Assembly: GCA_050251875.1 (NCBI GenBank)
Contig: JBFWMA010000008.1
Location: 57,909-121,908, forward strand
Reading direction: 5' to 3'
Source: Deferribacterales bacterium
GTDB lineage: Bacteria; Chrysiogenota; Deferribacteres; Deferribacterales; Geovibrionaceae
DNA length: 64,000 nt
Position 1 is the first letter of the stretch. Every line of letters starts with the position of its first letter. The notes below the pieces were generated by a model. It was not told the DNA's origin. It was given only the letters and a program-made list of their open reading frames with translations, and made no database searches. A program made the position numbers and the translations under genes. Shown here piece by piece: positions 1 through 10,422 of the stretch.

Positions 1-693
1 GTATTTCAGAGGCATGGGAAAGCTGAAATAGCCTGCTGAGGCAAAATTGGCAAGGTTGAGCTTGCCCATGAAAAAGGCGGCAACGTATCCGACAATGATT
101 CCTATCAGGATAGAGGATACGCTCAGAGCGCCTTTGGTGAATGATTTAAATATAAGTATGGTAACGAGAACGATGAACCCCAGTATGAGGTTGGAAGGAG
201 AACCGAAGTCCGGAGCTTTTACCCCGCCGGCGAAATACTGGATTCCAACGGGCAGAAGAGAAAGACCGATGGACAGAAGAACTGTACCTGTCACCACAGG
301 GGGAAAAAGTTTTCTCAAAGGACGCAGAAATGATCCCAGAACTATCTCCACCAGACCGCCCACAATAGAGGCGCCCAGAATACCTGCCAGACCGTACTGC
401 TTGCCGATGGCTATACAAGTGGGGAGAAAGCCGAAGCTGGTTCCCATCACCACGGGCAGTCTCGCCCCTATGGGTCCCACAGGATAAGCCTGCACAAGGG
501 TCACGATACCTGAAGCAAACATCGCACACTGTATCAGAAATATCTTCTCATCGGCGGGAATCTGAAGTATGCCCGCAATGATGATGATAGGCGTGATGTT
601 TCCTACAAACATCGCCAGAACATGCTGAAGTCCCAGAGGAAACGCCTGCTTCAGAGGCGGAACTCCGTTCAGCTCAAAGGGTGATTTGCTCAT
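1..693 (-). CDS. NCS2-family xanthine/uracil permease (3' part runs off the window)
   Basis: Translated by hand (absent from ORF track): ATG at 691-693 with AGGAG SD; MSKSPFELNGVPPLKQAFPLGLQHVLAMFVGNITP...GARLPVVMGTSF...FPPVVTG are NCS2 signatures. Confidence 0.9.
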   Translation of the reverse strand, partial: MSKSPFELNGVPPLKQAFPLGLQHVLAMFVGNITPIIIIAGILQIPADEKIFLIQCAMFASGIVTLVQAYPVGPIGARLPVVMGTSFGFLPTCIAIGKQYGLAGILGASIVGGLVEIVLGSFLRPLRKLFPPVVTGTVLLSIGLSLLPVGIQYFAGGVKAPDFGSPSNLILGFIVLVTILIFKSFTKGALSVSSILIGIIVGYVAAFFMGKLNLANFASAGYFSFPMPLKY

Positions 694-725
694 AAAAACT
701 CCTCTTTCAATTACAAAGATGTAGA

Positions 726-755
726 AATGTAACAAACAGGGATAAAAAATGTCAA
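726..755 (-). promoter_or_regulatory. Putative sigma70 promoter of the NCS2 permease
   Basis: Minus strand TTGACA-N18-TACATT about 30 nt upstream of the ATG. Confidence 0.45.
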
Positions 756-885
756 CATCAATAGTCCGGCAGAAAACGCAGAAAAAAGCATCTGTGCGTT
801 TTACCATATTCTGACAAAACTTAAATAAATCTATTAATTGACTTTTTATTAAATTATACGATCTTATACTCATAGGATATTTATT

Positions 886-1236
886 ATGTTACATACAAAC
901 TTAGTCAGCATCGGCGGATGCATTATTAAGCACTGTTCCGAAATGTCTGAAAAAGATCTACAGCTTGTTTTCGACTATCTCTTCCACAAGCAGTGTCTGA
1001 ACGCCCACACTGTCAGATGCGGTCGGATGGATTTTACCATCTCGCCGATGGAACCGGAAAACCCTAAAAGCATGTGGAATTTCGAAAGCCTGAACAAAGA
1101 CATTGATGTCGCCATAGACAATGTTTTTGATATAGAAGAGATGTCCAGAATCGCTCACAAGGCGCTGTTCATCGCCACCGCTCTGAAGATGCGGGAAGTC
1201 ACCTGCAACGTACAGCTTAAGAACGCCTATATCTGA
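886..1236 (+). CDS. Hypothetical protein (116 aa)
   Basis: ORF fills the intergenic gap, AGGA upstream; no family recognised. Confidence 0.55.
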   Translation: MLHTNLVSIGGCIIKHCSEMSEKDLQLVFDYLFHKQCLNAHTVRCGRMDFTISPMEPENPKSMWNFESLNKDIDVAIDNVFDIEEMSRIAHKALFIATALKMREVTCNVQLKNAYI

Positions 1237-1307
1237 CAGCCGCTGTTTTTGGTTGAACATGCGGGCGATCTTCAATATATTTCATTTAACAACATAAAGG
1301 AGTGTGT

Positions 1308-2507
1308 ATGCCGCCCCTATCTCAGGAGACAGTCTCTGTCACTGTCACGCCAGCCGCAGTAAAATCCGTCAAAAACGGTCATCCGTGGATATACGCGGAA
1401 TCCATAATCCGTGCCAACAGAGAGGGGAACCCCGGCGACATAGCCGTCATATACAACCAAAAGAGGGAATACACAGCCATAGGGCTCTATGACCCTGCGT
1501 CACCCATCCGCATCCGTGTTCTGCACAGAGGCAGACAGACGTCCATAGACGAAGACTGGCTGAGACGCCGCATAGAAGACTCCATAGCGAAAAGAACGGA
1601 TCTGGCGGATGATGAGTCCACCACCGGATACCGTCTGATACACGGCGAAAATGACGGACTGCCCGGACTGGTGGCGGACGTATACGGCGCTGTGCTGGTG
1701 ATAAAGCTGGACACGGCGGCGTGGATAAGACACCTGAACATCATTAAAGCCATAATGACCGAGCTGACGGCGCCTGAAACCATAGTGCTGAGACTTTCAC
1801 GCACCATAGAGGACACGCCGGAAACATATGACGGTCAGATAATATATGGAAAGGATATCACCAAACCCGTGGTTTTTTCCGAAAACGGGATACTCTTCGA
1901 GGCTGACCCGGTGAACGGGCAGAAAACGGGATTCTTTCTGGATCAGAGAGAGAACAGAGCTCTGGTGAAGACACTGTGCAGGGGAAAAGACGTTCTGAAC
2001 GTTTTTTCATACAACGGGGGATTCTCGCTGTACGCAGCGTCCGGCGGGGCAAAATCCGTAATCAGTCTGGACATAGCCAGAGAGGCGCTCACTGCCTCCG
2101 AAAGAAACTTCGCCCTGAACCCGTCACTTTCGAAATGCCGTCACGAGATACTCTGCGGAGACGCATTCGAACACATGAAACTGCTGGCGGACAGGGGACG
2201 TAAATTTGACGTGGTGATAGTCGACCCGCCTTCATTCGCCAGAAAACAGCAGGACGTGCCGCAGGCTCTGAAAGCATATGAAAAACTGGCAAAGCTGGCG
2301 GTATCGCTCACAGCAAAAGGCGGAATGATGGCATGCGCATCGTGCTCAGCCAGAGTGCCTGCTGAAGATTTTTTCGACACAGTGCTGAAAGCGGTGAAAA
2401 AATCCGGCAGAAACCACAAGGAAACAGACCGCACACAGCACGCCTCAGACCACCCCATCGGCTTTCCCGAGGGAGCGTATCTGAAGTGTATCTATATCAG
2501 GCTGTAG
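1308..2507 (+). CDS. RlmI/RlmK-like class I SAM-dependent 23S rRNA methyltransferase
   Basis: PUA-like GHPWIY, GENDGLPGL, GQKTGFFLDQR, FSYNGGFS, DPPSF; AAGGAG SD before ATG 1308. Confidence 0.9.
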   Translation: MPPLSQETVSVTVTPAAVKSVKNGHPWIYAESIIRANREGNPGDIAVIYNQKREYTAIGLYDPASPIRIRVLHRGRQTSIDEDWLRRRIEDSIAKRTDLADDESTTGYRLIHGENDGLPGLVADVYGAVLVIKLDTAAWIRHLNIIKAIMTELTAPETIVLRLSRTIEDTPETYDGQIIYGKDITKPVVFSENGILFEADPVNGQKTGFFLDQRENRALVKTLCRGKDVLNVFSYNGGFSLYAASGGAKSVISLDIAREALTASERNFALNPSLSKCRHEILCGDAFEHMKLLADRGRKFDVVIVDPPSFARKQQDVPQALKAYEKLAKLAVSLTAKGGMMACASCSARVPAEDFFDTVLKAVKKSGRNHKETDRTQHASDHPIGFPEGAYLKCIYIRL

Positions 2508-2508
2508 A

Positions 2509-2952
2509 TCAGTCAAGCATCAGCTTAAGATCTTCCAGCTTCTGCGATCCGTATTCATCATCTATCAGATTTCCGTCATGTCCGTATACTCTGGTGTATG
2601 GCACGGCGTCTATCTTCATCAGCTCCTTATAAAGATCAGGCGTGCCGATAAAGAATTTAAACGGAAATTTCTCATCCTTAACAGTGGATATGGCAAAGGA
2701 ACAGTCCTTCTCCTTTGTGATTCCCACAACCTGAATGTTGTTGTTTTTCAGAAAATCGGGATTTTCCCTCAGCATCCTCAGCTCCCTCATGCAGTGCGGA
2801 CACCAGGGCGCCCAGAAAACCACCATGGTCTTGCCTTTAAATGATTTGATAACCTTTTGCAGTCCGGCATTGTCTATGGTGTCCATAGAGCCGGCATATG
2901 AATAGGCGCAGAGAAGCACTAGGAAAAGTGTCAGAATAAATTTTCTCATCAT
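2509..2952 (-). CDS. Exported TlpA/thioredoxin-like thiol-disulfide oxidoreductase
   Basis: Signal peptide, FWAPWCPHC motif, AVP cis-Pro loop. Confidence 0.85.
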   Translation of the reverse strand: MMRKFILTLFLVLLCAYSYAGSMDTIDNAGLQKVIKSFKGKTMVVFWAPWCPHCMRELRMLRENPDFLKNNNIQVVGITKEKDCSFAISTVKDEKFPFKFFIGTPDLYKELMKIDAVPYTRVYGHDGNLIDDEYGSQKLEDLKLMLD

Positions 2953-3014
2953 TGTCTCCAAATAAAATCAACTGAAAATAAAATAATACATCATCGCTGT
3001 TATTTCAATACCGT

Positions 3015-4016
3015 CTATTTTCTATATATGGAATATATCACATACCCCAGAATAAGGAGCCATACCACCGCCAGCGGCAGCAGCACCTTGAAATAAAACG
3101 GAAGTGATCTGAAATCTATAAAAGGCTTATGGGCATACAGCCCGACTTTCAGTTTTTTCATCAGTTCATATACGCTGGTATAGCTCACGGGTTTCACCCA
3201 TCCGGCGTACCTGCTCTCTGCCAGCACTTTATCATCCGGCGGGATGGATATCAGAATCTTCTGTATCTCCGCCACAATCTCCTGATCTATCCCCTCTCTG
3301 GCGGAGAAAGCCCACTCCGGATACAGCTTTGTGCTGTGCATCTGGGGCAGCTCATCATGCACGGCGTGCAGAACCTTGATATCTTTCAGGTTCAGTCTGC
3401 CGTTCTTCGCCATGCGTTCTAATATGCCGGAACGCACAGTTCCGGCATCCGCCTTGCCGTCCAGAACATAGTCAACCACTCTGTCCTGGGTTCCGGTGAA
3501 AACCACATTGAAATCGCTGTATTCCCGCAGACCGACATCACGGATTTCGCTGAGCCCCATCCAGTATGCTCCGAACCCCTCCGGGTCGATGGCGGCGAGA
3601 GTTTTTCCCTTCATATCTTTCAGATCGGTGATGGAGCTGTTCTCTGTCTTGGTGAAGACCACGGCGGAAAAATAAGGCAGCGCCTTTCCCTCATACTGAT
3701 TGATAAGTGTCAGGAAAATATTGGTATTATACTTCTCTTTAAGCTGAACAGCCTCCGCCGGCTGTGTGATGACAAAGTCTATCTCTTTGTTCTCCACCAG
3801 CTTGCGCATCTGTTCGAACCCGAACACGGGCATGAGGTTAAAGGAGTATCTGTTCTGTCTGCTGTCCAGATATTTCAGCGTGGGCGTCCACCGCTGATAT
3901 GAGAGCTGAACGCCGTTATAGGCTCTGACTCCCACCGTAAAAACTTTTTCTCTGTCAGCATAAGCAGAAGTAGCTAAAACGCACATCATTAAAATAATAA
4001 AAGCCAACCTACTCAT
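3015..4016 (-). CDS. PhnD/phosphonate-binding-fold periplasmic protein (TtrS sensor-like) with C-terminal membrane anchor
   Basis: Signal peptide; VGVRA..G, DFVITQP, VLDGKADAGTVRSGILE, STKLYPEW; hydrophobic C-terminal helix. Confidence 0.75.
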   Translation of the reverse strand: MSRLAFIILMMCVLATSAYADREKVFTVGVRAYNGVQLSYQRWTPTLKYLDSRQNRYSFNLMPVFGFEQMRKLVENKEIDFVITQPAEAVQLKEKYNTNIFLTLINQYEGKALPYFSAVVFTKTENSSITDLKDMKGKTLAAIDPEGFGAYWMGLSEIRDVGLREYSDFNVVFTGTQDRVVDYVLDGKADAGTVRSGILERMAKNGRLNLKDIKVLHAVHDELPQMHSTKLYPEWAFSAREGIDQEIVAEIQKILISIPPDDKVLAESRYAGWVKPVSYTSVYELMKKLKVGLYAHKPFIDFRSLPFYFKVLLPLAVVWLLILGYVIYSIYRK

Positions 4017-5992
4017 AAATTAATGTCTCCATCCTTAGCCACAGGCAAAATTAATGTGAATACCGCTCCATCTCCGGTGTTTTCGGCGGTTATTCTTCCG
4101 TTCATATGTTTTTCTATTATGCTTTTTGTCATATACAGCCCGATACCTGTTCCGTGCTCCTCCGATTTGGTGGTGAAATACGGGTCAAATATCCTGCCGA
4201 TTATATTATTGTCTATACCCCCGCCGTTGTCCGTCACCTTCAGGCTGATGTTGGTTCCGTCACTCTCCATGAAGATATCCAGCATACCCTCTTCTATCTC
4301 CTGTCTGGATATTCTGGCGAGTATGGCGTCTTTCGAGTTCTGCACGAGATTCAGCACGGCCTGTTTCAGCTCGCCGGGAAAACCGTTCACCAGTGAATTC
4401 GTACACTCGCAGTCCGGCTTTTCGGCTGTGATCTCCGCATATTCATAAAAAGAATCATTGCACCTGCATCTGAACCGCAGGGCGATTCCGTTATATTTCA
4501 TCTGAGCGCTGATAAGCCGGATGACCTCCGTGACGTTCACCACCATCGGAAAGGTCTTTATAGTCTTATCCGTGCGGAAAAAATTCCTGAAATCGTCAAT
4601 GGTGCTGGACATGTGCATCAGCATGGACATTATCTTGTTCTCGAACTCTTCCGCCTCCGTGCCGGAGAGCCTGTTTTCACGGTAGTTGATAACAAAGCTC
4701 TGCACGCTCAGACCGATGATGTTCAGCGGCTGGCGCCACTGGTGGGCTATGGCGTTCACCATCTGCCCCATGTCCACAAACTTCTGCTGGTCGAAAAGAA
4801 GCTGTTCGTTCTTCAGCCTCTTTCCTGTCTCCTGCTTAACCATCTGCTCAAGCTGGTTGTTGATCTCTTCCAGCTCGATCTCCCTCTTCTTTATCAGCTT
4901 AATCATATCATTATAAAGACTGACAAGCTCGCCTATCTCATCGTCACGCTCGATGGTGATCAGAGTTTTATAATCCACTGACTCGATGTTTTTAACAGCC
5001 TGCCCCAGCTCTTTCAGAGGTCTGGAAACCATGCGGTGCAGGATGAAAAAGCTGATAGGCACAACAGCCAGAAAGATGAAAGCCAGCATGGCGAGGAACC
5101 CCATGGCTATGTTTCTGCTGATGTCGGAGGAGAAAAAATCCGTGGTGTAAAAGACAAAATCCACCGTCAGCCCGTCTTTGATAACCCAGCGCTGATACAT
5201 TATATTTTTGCCGTCTTTTCTGATTATAGATTTCGGGTCGGTATAGCTCATGGGAAACAGCAGGCTGACTTTTTCCGGAGCCTGCACGGCGCTTCTGAAT
5301 ACGGACTGACCGTTGATGAAATACAGAAAGGTCATACCGCCCACATCAGATACCTGCCTTAGAAAACCGCTGTTCAGCACTGTGGCGGTCATCAGGCGGA
5401 AAACGCCCCTGTCCGACTGCCGTTCCTGAAAATATTCCACGGCGAGCTGTCCGCTGAGCTCTGAAAAGATGAATCCGTCATCGGAAAAATGTGTGTGGGT
5501 GAGAAATTCGTTGATAAAAGCGGTGTTACCGGAATTCGGCACGTTGTCTCCGTCCAGCATCAGGACGGTGTGTCCGGAGAGCGCCTCATATCCGGAATAG
5601 TAAGTGTCGTTATCGTTGAAAGCGAAAACAACAGGACGACCGCCGCTGTCGAATATGGCGGTGATGCCCAGCCCGCCCAGATCGGCGGATTCTTCCAGAT
5701 ATTTCGCCGCCTGCCGTCTGCCGGTGTCTGTGTCCAGCGGCAGAGATGTCAGAATATGCGAAGACGACAGCAGATCACTGCTGTTTTTTATATCGTTCTG
5801 CTTTTTGATTATCAGTCTGTTCAGCACTGTGAAGGCATTATGGAAATAAGAAGACGCCCTGACCCTGCTGCTGTTGAGCTGCATGTTATAGATGGTAAAG
5901 GCAAATACCGTACACATCAGAAGCACGGTAAAGAGCACAAATAAAAATATTTTCAGTTTTATGCTTCTAAAAACATACTTCAGCAACCGCAA
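4013..5992 (-). CDS. Membrane sensor histidine kinase (HAMP-HisKA-HATPase)
   Basis: Two TM segments, HAMP, H-box AIAHQWRQPLN, N-box NLVQNSKDA, DNGGG, GTGIGL; TTG start with GGAG SD. Confidence 0.92.
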   Translation of the reverse strand: MRLLKYVFRSIKLKIFLFVLFTVLLMCTVFAFTIYNMQLNSSRVRASSYFHNAFTVLNRLIIKKQNDIKNSSDLLSSSHILTSLPLDTDTGRRQAAKYLEESADLGGLGITAIFDSGGRPVVFAFNDNDTYYSGYEALSGHTVLMLDGDNVPNSGNTAFINEFLTHTHFSDDGFIFSELSGQLAVEYFQERQSDRGVFRLMTATVLNSGFLRQVSDVGGMTFLYFINGQSVFRSAVQAPEKVSLLFPMSYTDPKSIIRKDGKNIMYQRWVIKDGLTVDFVFYTTDFFSSDISRNIAMGFLAMLAFIFLAVVPISFFILHRMVSRPLKELGQAVKNIESVDYKTLITIERDDEIGELVSLYNDMIKLIKKREIELEEINNQLEQMVKQETGKRLKNEQLLFDQQKFVDMGQMVNAIAHQWRQPLNIIGLSVQSFVINYRENRLSGTEAEEFENKIMSMLMHMSSTIDDFRNFFRTDKTIKTFPMVVNVTEVIRLISAQMKYNGIALRFRCRCNDSFYEYAEITAEKPDCECTNSLVNGFPGELKQAVLNLVQNSKDAILARISRQEIEEGMLDIFMESDGTNISLKVTDNGGGIDNNIIGRIFDPYFTTKSEEHGTGIGLYMTKSIIEKHMNGRITAENTGDGAVFTLILPVAKDGDINL

Positions 5993-6091
5993 GACGAACT
6001 CCGCAATGTCAACCTTTATTAAAATTTTAATCTATTACGAAGTAAATATAAACACAAATTATGATGCAGTTCCATCTTCATGAAAAAGTGT

Positions 6092-7282
6092 CTATATTCC
6101 GCCCTTGCTTTTAAGCCATTTATAAAGAAAAGGCCAGCCGCCTAAAACCAGAACGCAGACGGATGTGGTTAATATCCCATAAAACGCTATGGGGTTTTCC
6201 CACGGCTGGGTCACCGCCCACATGCACAGAGCGCCCGCCATGAACTGATAGAAAACCATAAAAGAAGAGGCTGAGCCGATATCTGTCCTGACCTGTTCCA
6301 GAACCAGACTGGAACTGACCGGACGGCTGAACCCCACGAAGAAAGAGAAGATGAACATCGAGTTCGCGAAATATATATATCCTTTTCCGCCGAGCAGATA
6401 AACGGACAGACCGCCCACCAGCATGCCGGAAAAGCTGACGGTGAGCATCTTCGCCTGTGACAGAACGGAAGATATGCGGGCGCTGGTGAAAGACCCCGCC
6501 ATGGCGAAAACGGCGTTCACTCCGAAAAGCACGCTGAAAAAATGCTCTGACAGTCCGAAAATCTTCATATAGACAATAGGTGAAAAAGCGATGAAACCAT
6601 AAAACGGAGCCACGGACAAACCCATCAGGGTGGTAGCGGCGGCATATTCCTTCATGAAAAGCAGTTTTCTGTATCTGGCAAAGGCGGAAAGCACACTTCC
6701 GGGGTGCAGTTCTTTCGCCGTCTCCTCATATCCCAGAGCGATCACGGTGGTTATCAGAACCATAGCGCCCTGGGTGAAGAATATCAGTCTCCAGCTCCCC
6801 AGTCCCAGCAGAAATGAACCGATGGACGGAGCCACCATAGGCGCCACGGCGAGTATCACGCCGATGTACGCCAGCGCCTTCTGTCTGTCCGATCCGGTGT
6901 ATCTGTCACGGCATATCGCCATAACCATGGATGACGGAGCGGCGGCGCCCATACCCTGAATAATCCTGAAAACGATCAGCATGACAGGTCCGGTGGAAAG
7001 CCCGCACATCACGCTGGAAACCACAAAAGTAGCCAGACCGAAAAGCAGCACAGGTCTGCGCCCGAATTTGTCCGAGAGTGGACCAAATATCAGCAGAGAC
7101 AGGCTGAAAGAGGCGAACCACAGAACCAGCGACAGATTGACAATAGATATATCCACATTCCATCCGGCGGCAATCTTCGGAATGGCTGCCAGATACATGT
7201 CGGTGGACAGAGGCGGTGTCGCCCCCACCATGGACAGAAAGATAAGGTAAAGGGATGGATTCTTTATTTTGAAAAATGTCAT
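6092..7282 (-). CDS. Bcr/CflA-family MFS efflux transporter
   Basis: STDMYLAA, GPLSDKFGRRPVLL (MFS motif A), about 12 TM segments. Confidence 0.9.
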   Translation of the reverse strand: MTFFKIKNPSLYLIFLSMVGATPPLSTDMYLAAIPKIAAGWNVDISIVNLSLVLWFASFSLSLLIFGPLSDKFGRRPVLLFGLATFVVSSVMCGLSTGPVMLIVFRIIQGMGAAAPSSMVMAICRDRYTGSDRQKALAYIGVILAVAPMVAPSIGSFLLGLGSWRLIFFTQGAMVLITTVIALGYEETAKELHPGSVLSAFARYRKLLFMKEYAAATTLMGLSVAPFYGFIAFSPIVYMKIFGLSEHFFSVLFGVNAVFAMAGSFTSARISSVLSQAKMLTVSFSGMLVGGLSVYLLGGKGYIYFANSMFIFSFFVGFSRPVSSSLVLEQVRTDIGSASSFMVFYQFMAGALCMWAVTQPWENPIAFYGILTTSVCVLVLGGWPFLYKWLKSKGGI

Positions 7283-7406
7283 TGGTTTTGATTCTCCGTA
7301 AAATAATCGCAACGATTAATTAAACTATCACCCTGCGGAAATAATACAATATAAAATATTTTCTGGAAGCCCGTCATTCTATAATGTATCATTAAGACAA
7401 GAGGTC

Positions 7407-8378
7407 ATGATGCATAACGATTTTATCAAACACAGCTATCTTCTCCCCGAAAAAAACACATGGATCAGTCTGGACGGTAAAATGCCCACCGACAGCATCC
7501 CCTATAAGCTGTGCTGGCTGCACATGGAATGCGACAACGAAAAAACGAAAGAGTGGATGTATGAGCAGGACGACATAGACGAAGTCATCATAGAAGCCCT
7601 GCTGGCGGAGGACACCCGCCCCAGAACCACGATATATCCCGATGGATATCTGATAAACCTAAGAGGCGTGAATCTGGACAGCGAGGAAGACCCCCACGAC
7701 ATGATATCCATACGCATGTTTGTGCAGAACAAAAGAATCATTTCCACTTCCAGAAAACAGCTCCACGCCGTGGACGATCTGGCGGCACTTCTGAAAACGG
7801 AGGACGCCCCCGAAACCCCCGGAAACATAGTGGCGGCTGTGCTGGATATTCTGGCGGACAGAGCGGAGACCTTCATCATTGAGCTGAAAGAGAGCACATA
7901 TGACCTGGAATACAAAATTATAGACGAGGCGGACATAAACCAGAGACGTCAGATCACCGAGATCAGGCGGGCGGTGATAAAATTCTCCCGTTTCTTCTCT
8001 CCCCAGCGTGACGCCGCTCTGAAGCTCACCACCATCAAGGGCAGTTTCTTCTCTGTGTCCGATGAACAGAGTATTCAGGAGAGCATAAACAAACTGAACA
8101 AATTCATAGAGGATCTGGACTCGCTGGATAACCGCTGTTATGTGCTTCAGGACGAGGTAGCCGCCATCACCAACGAGCGCATAAACAAAAAGATGTATTT
8201 CATCTCCGTAATGGCTACTGTCTTTCTGCCGCTGTCTTTTCTGACTGGTCTTCTCGGGGTGAATCTGGGCGGAATTCCGGGCGCGCGTGATGATATGGGT
8301 TTTCTGAAATTCATCCTGGTGCTTCTGGCTGTTCTGGCTCTCCAGATTATACTTCTCGTGAAGTCAAAAAAGCTATGA
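7407..8378 (+). CDS. zntB: ZntB/CorA-family divalent cation transporter
   Basis: TRPR, INLRGVN, DMISIR, C-terminal FLTGLLGVNLGGIPG (ZntB-type GVN motif), two TM. Confidence 0.85.
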   Translation: MMHNDFIKHSYLLPEKNTWISLDGKMPTDSIPYKLCWLHMECDNEKTKEWMYEQDDIDEVIIEALLAEDTRPRTTIYPDGYLINLRGVNLDSEEDPHDMISIRMFVQNKRIISTSRKQLHAVDDLAALLKTEDAPETPGNIVAAVLDILADRAETFIIELKESTYDLEYKIIDEADINQRRQITEIRRAVIKFSRFFSPQRDAALKLTTIKGSFFSVSDEQSIQESINKLNKFIEDLDSLDNRCYVLQDEVAAITNERINKKMYFISVMATVFLPLSFLTGLLGVNLGGIPGARDDMGFLKFILVLLAVLALQIILLVKSKKL

Positions 8379-8381
8379 TTT

Positions 8382-8645
8382 TTAATTTTCCTTACAAATA
8401 CTTGACAATTTGAATTCTTTGTTCAATTCATAGCTCGCTTGTTTAAGCACCTTAGAGATGATTTTTTCTATCTTTTTTTCAGTATCAACATCTGTGTCGA
8501 TGATAAATTTTTTCTGCTGACCCGAATAAGTCAGAGAAAAAACGTGTTCGTTACCAGATAGTTTACTGACAAATAAGTGGACACAGCCGAGACAGATCAC
8601 ATCTGACTCAATGCCCATGCCCTCAACAAAAAAATTGTATCTCAT
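8382..8645 (-). CDS. Small protein, possible HMA/CopZ-like fold (VEGM...CLGC)
   Basis: GGAG SD; N-terminal F-V-E-G-M followed by CxxC. Confidence 0.55.
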   Translation of the reverse strand: MRYNFFVEGMGIESDVICLGCVHLFVSKLSGNEHVFSLTYSGQQKKFIIDTDVDTEKKIEKIISKVLKQASYELNKEFKLSSICKEN

Positions 8646-8794
8646 TTTTATCTCCAGGACATAATTTAATTATAAGAAAACTTACAATTTTTACAAGTCA
8701 TTTCGGTGCATATTTAAACATTTAGGATAATTTATGATTCATTTATGCCAAAAATATGGTAAAAACAGATATAAACAATTTATTGGAGCTGAAA

Positions 8795-10393
8795 ATGGAT
8801 TTAACAATTAAAAAGAAACTTTTCATCCCCATATTCCTGGTTTTCGTTATTGTGCTCGGTTCCTTTGCCATGAACTGGGTTATCATCTCCGGTCAGGAGT
8901 CTGACGGACTGGTGATTAACTTAGGCGGACGGCAGAGAATGTTCTCCCAGAAAATGACTAAGGAACTTCTGATCTATGCCGTGAGCGAGGGCGAATCGAG
9001 GGAGAAGGCAAAATCCACTCTCGAGAACACCATGAAAAATTTTGAAATAACTCTCAACGCTCTCAAAGAATCCGGAAAAGCTCCTCTCACCGCCGATCTG
9101 AACGGTGAGTACGCATATATCAAAAAGGCGGATGAGCCCGCCTATTCCCAGCTGGGGACTGTTCAGGGCATATGGAAAGAGTTCAAGGATCATGTGGCGA
9201 AATATCTCGAAACCAACGAGAAGGAAGAGCTGCAATGGGTTCTGGACAACAACCTGAAACTGCTGGGCGAGATGAACAAAGCCGTGGGAATGATTCAGCA
9301 GGCATCCGACAGCAAAGTGAAAATGATGTTCAGATTCCAGATCATATCAGTGGTCGTCACAGTTATCGCTATCATTTTCCTCTCTATAGCTTCTAAGATA
9401 CTCATAGGATTCTTAAATACATTCCGTGACAGGATGCTGGACATAGCCGAGGGCAACGGCGACCTGACAAAAAGGCTGAACGTGAAGAGCAAAGACGAGA
9501 TCGGCATGGCGGCGAAATATGTGGACGAGTTCATAGCCACTGTGCACAGCGTGGTTGTCTCCGCTAAAAAGAACTCTGAGGAGACCCACGATTCCAGCTA
9601 CCGCCTGACAGACACCGCCAACAATCTGTCTGAAAACATTCACCAGCAGCTCGAGCTGGTTTCTAAAACCGGAGAACTAACCAACGAAGTGGGACAGGCT
9701 CTGGATGTTACCGAAGAGATGGCTATCACCACCACAGAGGTAATAGAGAAGAGCAACAAACAGCTTTCGGATTTCACCGAACAGCTCAGCAGTTTTTCAA
9801 AATTCATTATCGCAGACAGCAAGAAGCAGTCTGACCTGTCCGATAAAATAAAATCGCTCAACGAGCAGATGGATCAGATATCCAGCGTTCTGGAGATGAT
9901 CGCCGATATCGCCGACCAAACCAATCTTCTGGCGCTGAACGCCTCCATAGAGGCGGCGAGAGCCGGAGAACACGGAAGAGGATTCGCAGTGGTGGCGGAC
10001 GAAGTGCGCAAGCTGGCGGAGAGAACTCAGGCGTCTCTTGGCACCATCAACAGCACCACGTCAGAGCTGGTTATGAGCGTGGAAAGCATCAGCAAAGAGA
10101 CAGACAAACTGTCCAAAGAGATGCTGACTATAGCCGACAAATCCAATGATCTGATGTCGCACGCAGACGACACAAAAGAGGAGCTGAGCATTTCTCTGGA
10201 CACATCAGCCCAGCTAGTGGCGAAAACCACACTAATAGCCACCAGAACCAAAGAACTGATAACTATTATGGAAACCCTGCTCAGGCTCTCCGAGGCGAAC
10301 ACCCGCTCCGGAGACAACGTGAACGAGATCGCCAACACTCTTAATTTTAAAGCATCAGAGCTGGCGGCAATGCTCAGACAGTTTCAGGTATAA
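8795..10393 (+). CDS. Methyl-accepting chemotaxis protein with NarX/PilJ-type periplasmic domain
   Basis: [18 protein letters not shown]-box-like motif, [40 protein letters not shown] before ATG 8795. Confidence 0.92.
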   Translation: MDLTIKKKLFIPIFLVFVIVLGSFAMNWVIISGQESDGLVINLGGRQRMFSQKMTKELLIYAVSEGESREKAKSTLENTMKNFEITLNALKESGKAPLTADLNGEYAYIKKADEPAYSQLGTVQGIWKEFKDHVAKYLETNEKEELQWVLDNNLKLLGEMNKAVGMIQQASDSKVKMMFRFQIISVVVTVIAIIFLSIASKILIGFLNTFRDRMLDIAEGNGDLTKRLNVKSKDEIGMAAKYVDEFIATVHSVVVSAKKNSEETHDSSYRLTDTANNLSENIHQQLELVSKTGELTNEVGQALDVTEEMAITTTEVIEKSNKQLSDFTEQLSSFSKFIIADSKKQSDLSDKIKSLNEQMDQISSVLEMIADIADQTNLLALNASIEAARAGEHGRGFAVVADEVRKLAERTQASLGTINSTTSELVMSVESISKETDKLSKEMLTIADKSNDLMSHADDTKEELSISLDTSAQLVAKTTLIATRTKELITIMETLLRLSEANTRSGDNVNEIANTLNFKASELAAMLRQFQV

Positions 10394-10422
10394 AAAAACA
10401 GGCGGTCATCACGACCGCCTTT
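10394..10422. terminator. Bidirectional-type intrinsic terminator hairpin GGCGGTC-ATCAC-GACCGCC
   Basis: 7 bp GC stem flanked by an A-tract and a T-tract between convergent genes. Confidence 0.7.

Noticed and set aside
694..885. Purine riboswitch upstream of the xanthine/uracil permease (TCGTATAAT, AATATGG and TTTCTAC words occur on the minus strand)
   Set aside because: The words are spread over about 140 nt with the wrong spacing and no P2/P3 stems, and a likely promoter sits only about 30 nt from the ATG
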